A DNA stretch of 64,000 nucleotides from Leptolyngbyaceae cyanobacterium bins.302 (GTDB lineage Bacteria > Cyanobacteriota > Cyanobacteriia > Leptolyngbyales > Leptolyngbyaceae), in assembly GCA_033764965.1 (NCBI GenBank), contig JANRIN010000137.1:6212-70211 (forward strand). The letters are read 5' to 3'. Shown here piece after piece: positions 9,975 through 20,007 of this stretch; the first letter of the stretch is position 1, and the number at the start of each line of letters is the position of its first letter. A program made the position numbers and the translations under genes. A model generated the notes under the pieces. The model did no database searches. It had not been told where the DNA came from and saw only the letters and a list, made by a program, of their open reading frames with translations.

Positions 9975-11278
9975 CTGAATGACTGACACATCTTCTCGAC
10001 TCTAACCTGCTAAGCAGTGCTCAAGCGCTGTTCAAGCGGAATTGCACAATCAACTGTGGTGCATTTGAAATAGAGTGGTTTTCGTTTTGCAGTTTGAGAT
10101 TTGGATGGGCTACAAGGATCTAGATCAGAAGCAGATTTGAGTTCCACCGTTGAGGGTAAGTTCCAACCTTGCACCAAAGCCTTGTGCAACCAATGCCAGC
10201 CAATCTTGAAATAACTGTTGCCTCGGAACCAGTGGGGGTCAACCTGACGCCGATGGCCTTGCTCGACAACGGTTGTGCCGATACTGGTTAAGTAAAGCGT
10301 GGCAATCGCAAGGACCAAGCACAAGCGTGAAAGCATGGGAGCAGACCGAATGTGCGAGGATTCGAGTTGAAAACCGTTAGATTTATCGTCTAAAAAGTTC
10401 TCCTCAATTGAAAATCTCAAACCGTATTCAACAAAGGTTTCGACGCTGGTTGGTTGGTCACTCACAACGTACCAGCGTTCTCGACTAGGATAATGGTGTG
10501 CTAAGGCTAGATGCACCAAGCCGTAACGAGCTTTCGTAATCTGCACGTGCTGCAGGAATAAGGCATGACTGGTGGACAAAGTGTAGAACCCAAGGGGCGT
10601 GCCTTGCTTGCCGCGATACACGAGGAAATTCGATTTAACCCGAATCCGATAGTGCCAGCCTAAGCGGTGCAGGTGTTTGAATAACTCGACATCGGCAAAC
10701 CCCCGGTCGGCTAAGAACAGCACTTCAACCCCTGCTGGCAACCGCCCAACCACCGTTTCCAACAAGGGTGCCTAGACTGCATGGGCAACCGTACTGCTGG
10801 CATGCTCCAACACCTTCCAAGCAATCGGAATTCCTCGCCCACGGTACACCACCACAATTCGAATGATGCAGTATTTGTCCCACAGCATCGTCGTGTCGAG
10901 GGCTAAAACGATGCGGTTTTGCTCCCAATTGGTCAGGGCATACCGAATCAATCCCTCATACATCGCATGCTCTTGCACTCGCTCATTGCGGAGCCACCGC
11001 GAGAACCGCCGTTGCGTACTTTGAGCATAAACAGCAGAGGTTTGCACATAGTCAATCCAAGCGGTTAAACTCACTTTCCCGCTCCGGATTAAACCAACGA
11101 CCATCCACACCAACCCATACAGCAGGCGTTGGTCTCGCGGATAGCAATATTGACCGAGTAGCTCCTGCAGCGCATGATAAAGGCGAGGGGTTTCTTCCAT
11201 TGTGTTGTCTGATGATGTGGTAATCCTCAGCCTACTTGGATTTGACCCCTCATTCGAGAAAATGTGTCAGTCAGCCAG
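9975..11278 (-). mobile_element. IS4-family insertion sequence (1304 bp)
   Basis: Terminal inverted repeats CTGAATGACTGACACATCTTCTCGA / rc CTGGCTGACTGACACATTTTCTCGA; 10-bp target duplication GAATTAATGC at 9965-9974 and 11279-11288. Confidence 0.9.
10010..11200 (-). pseudogene. IS4-family DDE transposase with in-frame amber stop
   Basis: The two listed ORFs are in one frame, separated by TAG at 10772-10774. Motifs LALDTT, FLADRGF and Y..RFSIEE.F.D.KS are present. Confidence 0.85.
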
Positions 11279-11650
11279 GAATTAATGCAAGTGAGACATT
11301 GGCTTGTCTAGCAGCAACAGCAAGGGATGTTCCGCTACGAGCTTCGATGATAAACTGACGAACTCGATCACACAATGGATCATCCGCTTTGGCAAGCCCA
11401 CGAGCGACTTCCCTTCGGGAACACTTCGTGAACGCACTTGCATTCCTGCTTCCACCCGCCTCAATGTCTCTGACGTTGAAAGGGCTAATCCTGGGTTCGT
11501 TTTGAAAACGATTCAGGTGAACCATGTGCCGCTATCACATTGAAGACGTGTAGCTGCTGGCGACCCTGAGAATCTACCGTCTTGATAAACAGATTGGTTA
11601 AGTTCGCGATCGCCTCCAGGGTTTATCCTATAAAACATTTGCACTGAGAC

Positions 11651-13900
11651 TTGGGAGATACCGAGTTGAATCCGTCGCGCCAGCAAACTGGAACCTATCA
11701 AGCTCCTCCCGTGGAGTCGCTGCAAGGCGTGGTCGAACGGCTCACCTACCACTCGGAAGAATCGGGCTACACCGTCGCTCGGCTGAAAGCACCCCGTACC
11801 AGTGAACTCGTCACCATCACAGGCAACTTTGCCACCATCCAGGCAGGACAAACTCTACAACTACAAGGCACCTGGAAAGATCATCCCAAATTTGGCACTC
11901 AGTTTCAGGTGACGCAGTACCGCGAAACCAAACCCGCCACGATCACGGGGATTGAAAAGTACCTGGGCAGCGGCTTGATTAAAGGGGTGGGACCCGTCAC
12001 CGCTAAACGCATCGTCGCTCACTTTGGGCTGGAAACGCTGGACATCATTGAACACCAGATTGAGCGCCTGGTGGAAGTTCCCGGCATTGCCCAGAAACGA
12101 GTGAAACTGATTCAGACAGCCTGGGTGACGCAAAAGGCAATCAAGGAAGTGATGCTGTTCTTGCAAAGTCATGGCGTTTCCACGACCTATGCGGTCAAAA
12201 TTTACAAGCAGTATGGGGATGAATCGATCGCCACTGTCACCCATAATCCCTATCAACTGGCAACCGATGTCTACGGCATTGGCTTTGTCACTGCCGATGC
12301 GATCGCCCGAAATCTCGGCATTGCTCCCGGTTCTCAGTTTCGCTACCGCGCTGGCATTCTGCATGTGTTGGGGGAAGCCTCTGAAGACGGGCACTGCTTT
12401 TTACCCCACGATGAGTTAATTGGGCAAGGGGTGAAGCGATTGGAGATTGAGGATCACCAGCCCAATCCCGACTCTGTGGAGTTTTTAATTCACCTGATGG
12501 TGCAAGAGCGGGAGTTGGTCAAAACCGAAACGCCGATCGCTGGGCTGGAACAATTTGGCTACTATGCGCCACCCTTCTTTGCAGCCGAACACAAGCTGGC
12601 AGAACGGTTGCAACAGCTTTTGAGGCAACCACTTGAGGTTGATCTGCCCCGCGTTCAAAGTTGGATTGAGCGGTTCGTCCAAAAAACGGGAACCCCACTT
12701 TCGGAGCAACAGCGCCATGCGGTCGAGATGGCAGCGAGTCAGCGAGTGCTGATCCTCACCGGCGGTCCAGGTTGCGGCAAGACCTTTACCACCCGCACGA
12801 TCGTGGCACTGTGGAAGGCAATGGGGAAGTCGATCGCGCTTGCATCGCCCACGGGACGGGCAGCCCAACGGTTAAGCGAAATGACCGGACAGGAAGCGAA
12901 AACAGTGCATCGCCTGCTGGAGTTTGACCCCAAAACCATGAAGTTCAAGCGGGATGTAGACAATCCCATTCCGGCTGAGGCGATCGTGGTGGATGAAGCC
13001 TCGATGCTCGATCTATTTCTGGCGAACTCGCTGACCAAAGCGATCTCGCTGGATGCCCAACTATTGCTGGTGGGAGATACCGATCAATTGCCCAGTGTCG
13101 GACCCGGCTCGGTATTGCAGGATCTGATTACCTCTAAACAAGTTCCGGTGGTGCGGCTGACTCAGGTGTTTCGGCAAGCGCAAGCCAGTCAGATTGTCCG
13201 TAATGCTCACCGGATTAATGGGGGACAATTCCCACAATTAGAGCCAATCTCTAACGCACCTCAGTCGGATTGTCTGTGGCTGGGCGCACCAGAGCCAGAA
13301 CAAGGAGTCCAGGGAATTCAGGACTTAATCACTGATTTGATTCCCAAACAGGGCTTTGATCCAGCCCGTGATGTACAGGTGCTTTGTCCGATGACGCGGG
13401 GAGAGGTCGGCACCCGTAATCTCAACATCGTTTTGCAACAACTGATCAATCCGCCCAGTTCAGACAAAACTGAAATTATGCGGGCAGGAATGACGCTGCG
13501 GGTGGGCGATCGCGTCATTCAAAAGGTCAACGACTACAACCGAGAAGTGTTCAATGGCGACCTGGGTATGATTGTAGCGGTGGATGTGGAAGAACAAGAA
13601 GTGACGGTACAATTTGCGGAGCGATCCGTGAGCTACGACTACGCGGATCTGAATGAAATCACACTGGCGTGGGCAGTGACAATCCACAAGAGCCAGGGCA
13701 GCGAATATCCGGTGGTGATTCTACCCATCTATATGCAGCACTATCTGATGCTGTCGCGTAATCTGATTTACACTGGCTTAACCCGTGCCAAAAAGTTAGC
13801 AATTGTAGTGGGTCCGCAGAAGGCGATCGCCCTGGCAGTGCGGCAGATTAAGGATCGTCAACGGTATACGCTGCTAGATAAACGGCTACAAGGGCGGTAG
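11651..13900 (+). CDS. recD2: ATP-dependent RecD-like SF1B DNA helicase
   Basis: N-terminal OB and HhH region (YLGSGLIKGVGPVTA), Walker A GGPGCGKT, VDEASM, GDTDQLPSVG, TIHKSQGSEY, YTGLTRAK. Confidence 0.92.
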   Translation: MGDTELNPSRQQTGTYQAPPVESLQGVVERLTYHSEESGYTVARLKAPRTSELVTITGNFATIQAGQTLQLQGTWKDHPKFGTQFQVTQYRETKPATITGIEKYLGSGLIKGVGPVTAKRIVAHFGLETLDIIEHQIERLVEVPGIAQKRVKLIQTAWVTQKAIKEVMLFLQSHGVSTTYAVKIYKQYGDESIATVTHNPYQLATDVYGIGFVTADAIARNLGIAPGSQFRYRAGILHVLGEASEDGHCFLPHDELIGQGVKRLEIEDHQPNPDSVEFLIHLMVQERELVKTETPIAGLEQFGYYAPPFFAAEHKLAERLQQLLRQPLEVDLPRVQSWIERFVQKTGTPLSEQQRHAVEMAASQRVLILTGGPGCGKTFTTRTIVALWKAMGKSIALASPTGRAAQRLSEMTGQEAKTVHRLLEFDPKTMKFKRDVDNPIPAEAIVVDEASMLDLFLANSLTKAISLDAQLLLVGDTDQLPSVGPGSVLQDLITSKQVPVVRLTQVFRQAQASQIVRNAHRINGGQFPQLEPISNAPQSDCLWLGAPEPEQGVQGIQDLITDLIPKQGFDPARDVQVLCPMTRGEVGTRNLNIVLQQLINPPSSDKTEIMRAGMTLRVGDRVIQKVNDYNREVFNGDLGMIVAVDVEEQEVTVQFAERSVSYDYADLNEITLAWAVTIHKSQGSEYPVVILPIYMQHYLMLSRNLIYTGLTRAKKLAIVVGPQKAIALAVRQIKDRQRYTLLDKRLQGR

Positions 13901-13908
13901 ATTGCAAG

Positions 13909-13943
13909 GAGGAAGATGTAACACTTCCTCTGGACAGTTTTTT
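13909..13943 (+). terminator. Possible intrinsic terminator after recD2
   Basis: GAGGAAG-N8-CTTCCTC stem with a T6 tract a few bases downstream. Confidence 0.4.
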
Positions 13944-14159
13944 GAACTGCATTATAAGGCTTTCAGAGCTTATGGTTCAAGGGGGGAGTTTTTTTCAGAG
14001 TTAACCCTGCCCTTAACTTGAGAGAAAAGATCCCGCCCACGACGGCATAAGGGTTTGAGCCTCAAAACCCCCTCACTTTCTGTCCGTGTTGTTCTGAGAA
14101 AAATTGAGAATAACAATTGTAAATAGGTATTCTATAAAAAGAACAAAAGAACTAACCCT

Positions 14160-17100
14160 ATGGTTTACTCGCCAATAAATCCTCGCCCCGATACTCTGCC
14201 GCTAAATGGTCTTGAGTGGGATCGCTTTGAGTCATTCTGCACTGAGTTTATTGCCCATCTTCCAGAAGTGAAGCCTTGGGCTGTTCATCGGTATGGACAG
14301 CAGGGAGACCAACAGAAAGGCATAGACATCATTGCTGAAATGGAAAACGGGGAGCATTGGGTCTTTCAGTGCAAGAAATACAAAAGCTTCAAGGCTAGCC
14401 AAGCACAATCAGCGGTTAGGAAATGCACCTACCAGGCTAATAAGTACGTTCTCGCGCTGTCCTGTAAAGCCTCTACAGAGGTGCGGGATGAAATTCAAAA
14501 ACATCAAGACTGGGATGTGTGGGATGTTGAAGACCTTTCACGTATCGTAAAAGATTTGCCACCAGAGGTTGCCCGTCGAATTGTTGAGCGTCACTTTGGG
14601 AAGGTTTGGCGTAGAGAGTTTTTAGGTCTAACAGGATTAATAACCTTTGTTTCAGCTTCTAATTTTTTCGAGCGCTGGTTGAAAACGGACCAACCGTTTA
14701 ACCACAAGTGGCAGTTAGTTGGGCGTGACACTTCTCTCGCTCAGCTTCATAACTTTGTTAAGAGTGAGTCTCAGATTGCGTTTCTTTATGGCCGAGGTGG
14801 AATCGGCAAGACAAGGCTTGTGTACGAATTTTCTAAAACGTTTGGGACTTGCAACGCTGCCTGGGTGCTTCGATTTTGGATGGAGGGAACACCAATTAAT
14901 TCTGAGAGTTTGGATGAATTGCCTGTAACCCAAACTGTTGTGGTTATAGACAATGCCGACCGCTGCGATGATCTACCGGTACTACTAGCCTTTGCTCAAC
15001 AGCACCCTCAGATTCTGAAACTCATCTTTATCATTCGTCCTGGCAGTCTTGAGCGTTTAAAGACTCAAACTACTCACAAAGGAATAAGTTTGGAGGTTTT
15101 GGAAGAGCTTAAGGCACTCGATCGTAGCCAAGTCAAAGAATTAGCTCGGCAGGCATTAGGTGATGAATATTGCCACTGGGTTGATCAACTGGCAGCCGTG
15201 ACAAGAGACTGTCCGCTTGTAACCGTTGTAGGTGGATGGCTTCTGCGCAAGAAAAATATTGCTCCCGCCTTGTTAGAGCGTGATCAAGACTTTCAAAATG
15301 AAGTGCTAAGCCGGTTGCAGGAAAACTTTTTAGAGTCAATTGGCAATGAGTCGGCTCGTGAAAGATGTCGAGAATTACTCAAGCTTATTTCTGCTGTTTC
15401 GCCTGTGTACCCAAATAACCCAGCCTTTCAAGAAGTTGCTTCAAAGTTTCTCAAAACGACCAAATCAAATTTACTACATGATTTAGAATCTCTTGAAGAG
15501 TCAAGTATTCTGATTCGTCGAGGAAAAAGTTTACGAATTACGCCAGATGTTTTATCCGAGCATATTTTGACAACCGCTTGTTTGACTAAGGAAGGAATTC
15601 CTACAGGATATGTTCAAGAGAGTTTTGAGTTGTTTAATAAGTTGTGTCTAAAGTCAATTCTGCGAAACTTTTCGGAGCTAGATTGGCGTATTAGTGCAAC
15701 TAGCAAGCAAAAAGTAGACCTTCTTACAGAGATTTGGCAAAAGATTTGGGATGAATTTCGTTCAGCGTCGAACTCCGGTAGATATCAGTTGCTAGATTTA
15801 TTGGGAGAAATGGCAGTTTACCAGCCTAAACAAGCGCTTGATTTGGTGGAATTTACTATGCAGAATCCTGCCACAGTATTGGATCAAACAGACTTTGCAG
15901 CGTTTTACACTCACCAGAAAGTTTTGAAAAAGCTACCTCCGTTGCTGTATGAGATCAGCTACACAATGAGTTACTTGCCGCGCTGTTGTGATTTGTTATG
16001 GGAGTTAGTAAAACAAACTAGCTCAGAAATTTCAACCTCTGAGCAATCTGCCTTACAAGTTCTGATTCACCTAGCTGAATACGATGTTTTTCCTCGCAAG
16101 GATTTGGAATACAACCACTTGGTTGTGGAAGCAGCCGAACGCTGGCTAAAGGATCCTCATGCTTTTAGTTATCAAGGCTCTCCCTTAGACGTGCTAGATC
16201 CAGTCTTAGCTAGAACGTATGAGTCTACCAGAACAGAAGGCTTAACGATTACGATGCAGGAGTTTTATGTCAATCAGGAATATACACAAGTAGTTCGAGA
16301 TAAAGCACTGCATCTAATTGATGGATGTATAGCTTCTGAGCAACCAAAGATAATTCTACGATCGCTCAAAAGCCTAGATAAAGCTTTAGCCAACCCAGAT
16401 ACTAGGTTCAGTCAAAGAGCAGATAACCAGTGTGAGCAGTGGGTTCCTGAGCAGCTTAAGATTTTGGACATGATTAGCCAATTGGTTGGGCAAACAACTA
16501 ATCCACTAATCCAATTAGAAATTCTTCAGATGATGCATGAACACGCTCATCATGCTTATGATGGCTCAGTGAAACAACAGATGTTAGCAATCATTAATGC
16601 CATCCCTGTTAACGATCAGTTAAAGTTGACCGGAGCATTAATTTGCAGCAGCCGATTAGCATGGTTAATTAAGCCAGTTGAACAGCCAGAATCTAATTCT
16701 GATACGTCTGACGAGTCTTTTGAGAGCGATTGGCAACGGCAGTGTAGGCTGTCGAAAAATATTTGTGCTGATGCTGTACACCAGCTTTTTCAGACTTTTT
16801 CAGATCCCCGTGAAGCGGTCAGCGAAATTCGTGTGCGACTAGACCTGGCAGTAAATGCAGGTCTGCAACCGGAATTTGACGAGTTAATTAAGACATTGGG
16901 TGATTTAGCGAAGACAGACTATCTGACCGGAATTTGCAGCGCAATCATTCAAAACCCCAAATATTTAGCAGCGTATCTAGGATTGCTGCTGTCTAAATTA
17001 AGAGAAGAAGATATTGAAAGTGCGATTGCTCTTGCACAAACTGCTGTTGACACTGAAAATCCAAGTCTTTGTGCTTCTATAGCTCAAGGTTTTTGGGGTG

Positions 17101-18071
17101 GAGCAGAAAACCTTCAGCCTTTAGACATTGACTTAATCCGAAAACTTGCTCATAGTGACTATCCGGGAGTAAAGAAACAGATATTTTATACTCTACAAAA
17201 TATCAGTCAGCTTGAACCACGCCTAGGGACAGAGATTGCATTAACAATCAATGTTGGCGAATCTTCTGAACTCGCTGATTCTCTATGTAGGTTTTTCGAT
17301 CCCAATTATGGAATCTCACCTGAGGAATTAACGCATGAACAACTAGAGGTGATTCTTAGCAAATTAGAGAACGTTGCCGATTTGGATCAGTGCAACATTT
17401 GTAGATTCCTTTCCTACGCTTGCAGTCGATCTGCTCGTGCAACGATTAATCTATTGCTGGCAAGATTGAGAAACTACGCCAAAGAGGAAACTTTTTATCC
17501 CTTTCCTCGATTGGGATTTCGACACAACCCCAATGGTGGTACGGTACTGTCTGGGTTACAGGACAGCCAAGACTACCAAGATATTCTCAGTGAGGTTCGC
17601 GATTTGATGATGAGCGAGGAATTAAAGGCAACATCGTGCTTACCACGCCTCTTCAAACTGATCTCTCTCGACCTCAATTCTGTGAGCCTTGAAGTTCTTA
17701 ATTGGTGGATTAACTCAGGTGACGCTACAAAAGTGAAAAATGCCAGCCAACTGCTTCAAGATGCTTCCTCACTATTTGTCTTCAAGAACAACGATTTCGT
17801 GGCTAATCTATTAAACCAGGCAGCGTCTGTTGGCAGTGAGTGTCTTAAAGAAGTACGTCACAGTCTTTTACACACCCTTGTATTCAGAAGCTTATCTCGC
17901 ACAGTAGGACAGCCGTCGCCAACAGTTGTGGATGAGCGAGAGCAAGCAATGAAGATCGCTGATAAGCATCCCCTTCATTCTTCAGTCCGAAACTTCTATC
18001 AAGAGATTGCAGAACGTGCTCAAAACACGATTCAAGAACAAGTTGAAATGGATGAAGAATTGCTGGAGTAG
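14160..18071 (+). CDS. Mrr-like PD-(D/E)xK nuclease + STAND/NACHT-like ATPase + helical repeat region (Avs-like defence candidate)
   Basis: N-terminal W..FE.F...G..GD.Q.GIDI....FQCK; Walker A GRGGIGKT; Walker B VVVIDNAD; long alpha-helical C-terminus; visibly AT-richer and HIP1-poor DNA. Confidence 0.75.
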   Translation: MVYSPINPRPDTLPLNGLEWDRFESFCTEFIAHLPEVKPWAVHRYGQQGDQQKGIDIIAEMENGEHWVFQCKKYKSFKASQAQSAVRKCTYQANKYVLALSCKASTEVRDEIQKHQDWDVWDVEDLSRIVKDLPPEVARRIVERHFGKVWRREFLGLTGLITFVSASNFFERWLKTDQPFNHKWQLVGRDTSLAQLHNFVKSESQIAFLYGRGGIGKTRLVYEFSKTFGTCNAAWVLRFWMEGTPINSESLDELPVTQTVVVIDNADRCDDLPVLLAFAQQHPQILKLIFIIRPGSLERLKTQTTHKGISLEVLEELKALDRSQVKELARQALGDEYCHWVDQLAAVTRDCPLVTVVGGWLLRKKNIAPALLERDQDFQNEVLSRLQENFLESIGNESARERCRELLKLISAVSPVYPNNPAFQEVASKFLKTTKSNLLHDLESLEESSILIRRGKSLRITPDVLSEHILTTACLTKEGIPTGYVQESFELFNKLCLKSILRNFSELDWRISATSKQKVDLLTEIWQKIWDEFRSASNSGRYQLLDLLGEMAVYQPKQALDLVEFTMQNPATVLDQTDFAAFYTHQKVLKKLPPLLYEISYTMSYLPRCCDLLWELVKQTSSEISTSEQSALQVLIHLAEYDVFPRKDLEYNHLVVEAAERWLKDPHAFSYQGSPLDVLDPVLARTYESTRTEGLTITMQEFYVNQEYTQVVRDKALHLIDGCIASEQPKIILRSLKSLDKALANPDTRFSQRADNQCEQWVPEQLKILDMISQLVGQTTNPLIQLEILQMMHEHAHHAYDGSVKQQMLAIINAIPVNDQLKLTGALICSSRLAWLIKPVEQPESNSDTSDESFESDWQRQCRLSKNICADAVHQLFQTFSDPREAVSEIRVRLDLAVNAGLQPEFDELIKTLGDLAKTDYLTGICSAIIQNPKYLAAYLGLLLSKLREEDIESAIALAQTAVDTENPSLCASIAQGFWGGAENLQPLDIDLIRKLAHSDYPGVKKQIFYTLQNISQLEPRLGTEIALTINVGESSELADSLCRFFDPNYGISPEELTHEQLEVILSKLENVADLDQCNICRFLSYACSRSARATINLLLARLRNYAKEETFYPFPRLGFRHNPNGGTVLSGLQDSQDYQDILSEVRDLMMSEELKATSCLPRLFKLISLDLNSVSLEVLNWWINSGDATKVKNASQLLQDASSLFVFKNNDFVANLLNQAASVGSECLKEVRHSLLHTLVFRSLSRTVGQPSPTVVDEREQAMKIADKHPLHSSVRNFYQEIAERAQNTIQEQVEMDEELLE

Positions 18072-18217
18072 GGGCAAAGGGAGCAATGCTGCAAACAACA
18101 GAAGCGGACTTTGAGCGTGTCGAGAGCGGTTTCACAATCAAAGTGTCAAGACTATCTAACATCTATGAGTTTTGACAAAGGATTTGGATTGCGAGGTGTC
18201 GATAGGATTTATTACTA

Positions 18218-19124
18218 GGACGTGTTTTAAAACCAGCGCTAACATAGATATAGTAGAGCTTTGAGAACAATTAGCAAATTTGGTAACACGGAATCCAATT
18301 TCTCGAAAGAACTTAACCGATCAACAATGGCAACGACTGCAACCCTTGTTGCCGAAGCCAAGTCAGAAGGGTGGGCGACCTGCCAATGACCATCGCACAA
18401 CGATCAATGGAATCCTTTGGATTCTTCGCACAGGTGCCCCTTGGCGAGACTTACCTGACCGGTATGGTGCCTGGGAGACAGTCGCCGGTCGCTTTTATAC
18501 TTGGCGCAAAAGTGGACTATGGCAGCAAATCCTGAAGCACTTGCAACAACAGGCGAATGCTGCTGGAGAGTTTGACTGAAAGCTTCACTTGGTTGATGGC
18601 ACAGTCATTCGAGCGCATCAACATGCCGCTGGTGCCAAGGACAGCAGTGCTGAACAGGAAGCCTTGGGATACAGCAAAGGCGGCTTTAGCACCAAGATTC
18701 ATCTCCGCTGTGACGGGAATGGTAAGCCTGTGACTTTTTTGATCACGGTTGGTCAACGCCATGAGTCTGTGATGTTTGAGTCCTTGATGGAACAAGGGGC
18801 GGTCAAACAATCCGGTCGGGGACGTCCCCGTTTGCGTCCGCAACGGGTGGCTGGAGATAAGGGCTATACCGGGCATCCCATTCGCGCCTACTTGCGACGG
18901 CGGGGCATCGGTGCGGTGATTCCTCGCCGTCGCACCGAATCTCGTCGCGGCACTCGCTTTGACCCTCAGGCGTACCGTCAACGCAACCGAGTCGAACGAA
19001 CGATCAATCGCTTCAAACAGTTCCGCCGGATTGCCACCCGATATGAAAAACGAGCCGACAATTACCTGGCAATGTTAACCATTGCTGCAATTCTGCTTTG
19101 GCTCTAGGGTTTTAAAACACACCC
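18218..19124 (+). mobile_element. IS5-family insertion sequence (907 bp)
   Basis: TIRs GGACGTGTTTTAAAACC / rc GGGTGTGTTTTAAAACC, each end flanked by TA (CTAG context). Confidence 0.88.
18280..19107 (+). pseudogene. IS5-family transposase with in-frame TGA
   Basis: Both listed ORFs are in one frame: ...GEFD*KLHLVDGTVIRAHQHAAG..., with the stop where Trp is expected. LRTGAPWRDLP, GDKGY and RIATRYEK motifs present. Confidence 0.85.
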
Positions 19125-19262
19125 TAGTCGAAATAGCTTAGCAGCGTATTATATTTCAAGCTAGCGAGTGCAGAAGTGATCTTTGAGACAGCCGCTCAAA
19201 ACATCCAGATTTATACGCGATCAACTCAGATGGATTAGTAAAGCTGCAAACGATGGCAATCA

Positions 19263-19991
19263 TCAATGCTGTTGAATGCCCAGTTGATTGAGTTTAATGA
19301 TCAGCGAGGGTGAGACGATCGCCCATTCTGCCGCGATCGCCACCGGGACACCGCTCCGAGCTTGTTGGAGAAAGTTTCGCACTCGATCAAACAGAGGATC
19401 ATCGGCTTTAGCAAACTTGCGGTCGATCGCCACCTGAATGCCTGCCTCCACGCAATCCAAATCGATCGCCTCACGGGTCAGAGTAGTGTGATTCGTCGAT
19501 GCTGTCAGCGGTTGAGCCGGATCGTAAACTGGAGCACGATTGGACAGTTGAATCATGCTGTAGTCTGGCTTGCCGTTTGCCGCAACAACATTGAATACGT
19601 AAGTATTTCGGCTATTCGTCTTGACGATCAGATTAGTGACAGAAGTGGTCGTTGCCCCTGGAAACCGGAGCAGTTGAATTTGCCGTAGGTAGATTGTGCT
19701 GGCAGTGCCTTGTTCAAGCAGCACATCCGTGTTGTAGACCAACCGAGAGGGGTCGGCTAAAGCAATGCTGGTAATGCGCTGGTTCAGGAGCGAAAAGTCG
19801 ATCGCTGTAATCCGCCCAGACCAGACTTTCACTGTCAGCTTTGGAGTACGCGGCGAAACCTGGATGATGTCACTGGCTGTAGCTGGAAGCGCCTGAGCCA
19901 CCGATGGAATCGAGGGAGTCGATGGTAAATTGACTGAGTTGAGCGGCAATGTTCCAATCGTAAGTACTGCTGCCAATGAGTGAAGTTTCAT
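19263..19991 (-). CDS. Conjugative T4SS outer-complex protein (VirB9/TraK-like)
   Basis: Signal-peptide-like N-terminus, beta-rich core (IDFS...ITSIALADPS..., TNLIVKT..TYVFNV); downstream of the VirB10-like gene. Confidence 0.55.
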   Translation of the reverse strand: MKLHSLAAVLTIGTLPLNSVNLPSTPSIPSVAQALPATASDIIQVSPRTPKLTVKVWSGRITAIDFSLLNQRITSIALADPSRLVYNTDVLLEQGTASTIYLRQIQLLRFPGATTTSVTNLIVKTNSRNTYVFNVVAANGKPDYSMIQLSNRAPVYDPAQPLTASTNHTTLTREAIDLDCVEAGIQVAIDRKFAKADDPLFDRVRNFLQQARSGVPVAIAAEWAIVSPSLIIKLNQLGIQQH

Positions 19992-20007
19992 GCTTTTCTC
20001 CTATCCG

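Larger units (their letters stand above)
9927..11540 (-). pseudogene. Remnant 3' end of a paralogue of the T4SS gene at 19263..19991, split by the IS4 element
   Basis: Right of the IS it reads AKADDPLCDRVRQFIIEARSGTSLAVAARQANVSLALI; left of the IS it continues LKLSQLGLQSVQ*. This matches AKADDPLFDRVRNFLQQARSGVPVAIAAEWAIVSPSLIIKLNQLGIQQH* of the intact gene. Confidence 0.8.

Noticed and set aside
14048-14072. GGGTTTGAG-C-CTCAAAACCC hairpin upstream of the STAND gene
   Set aside because: A single short imperfect hairpin with no matching partner end found; no function can be supported.
18280-19107. Programmed -1 frameshift between IS5 orfA and orfB
   Set aside because: Both ORFs are in the same frame, separated by a TGA at a Trp position.
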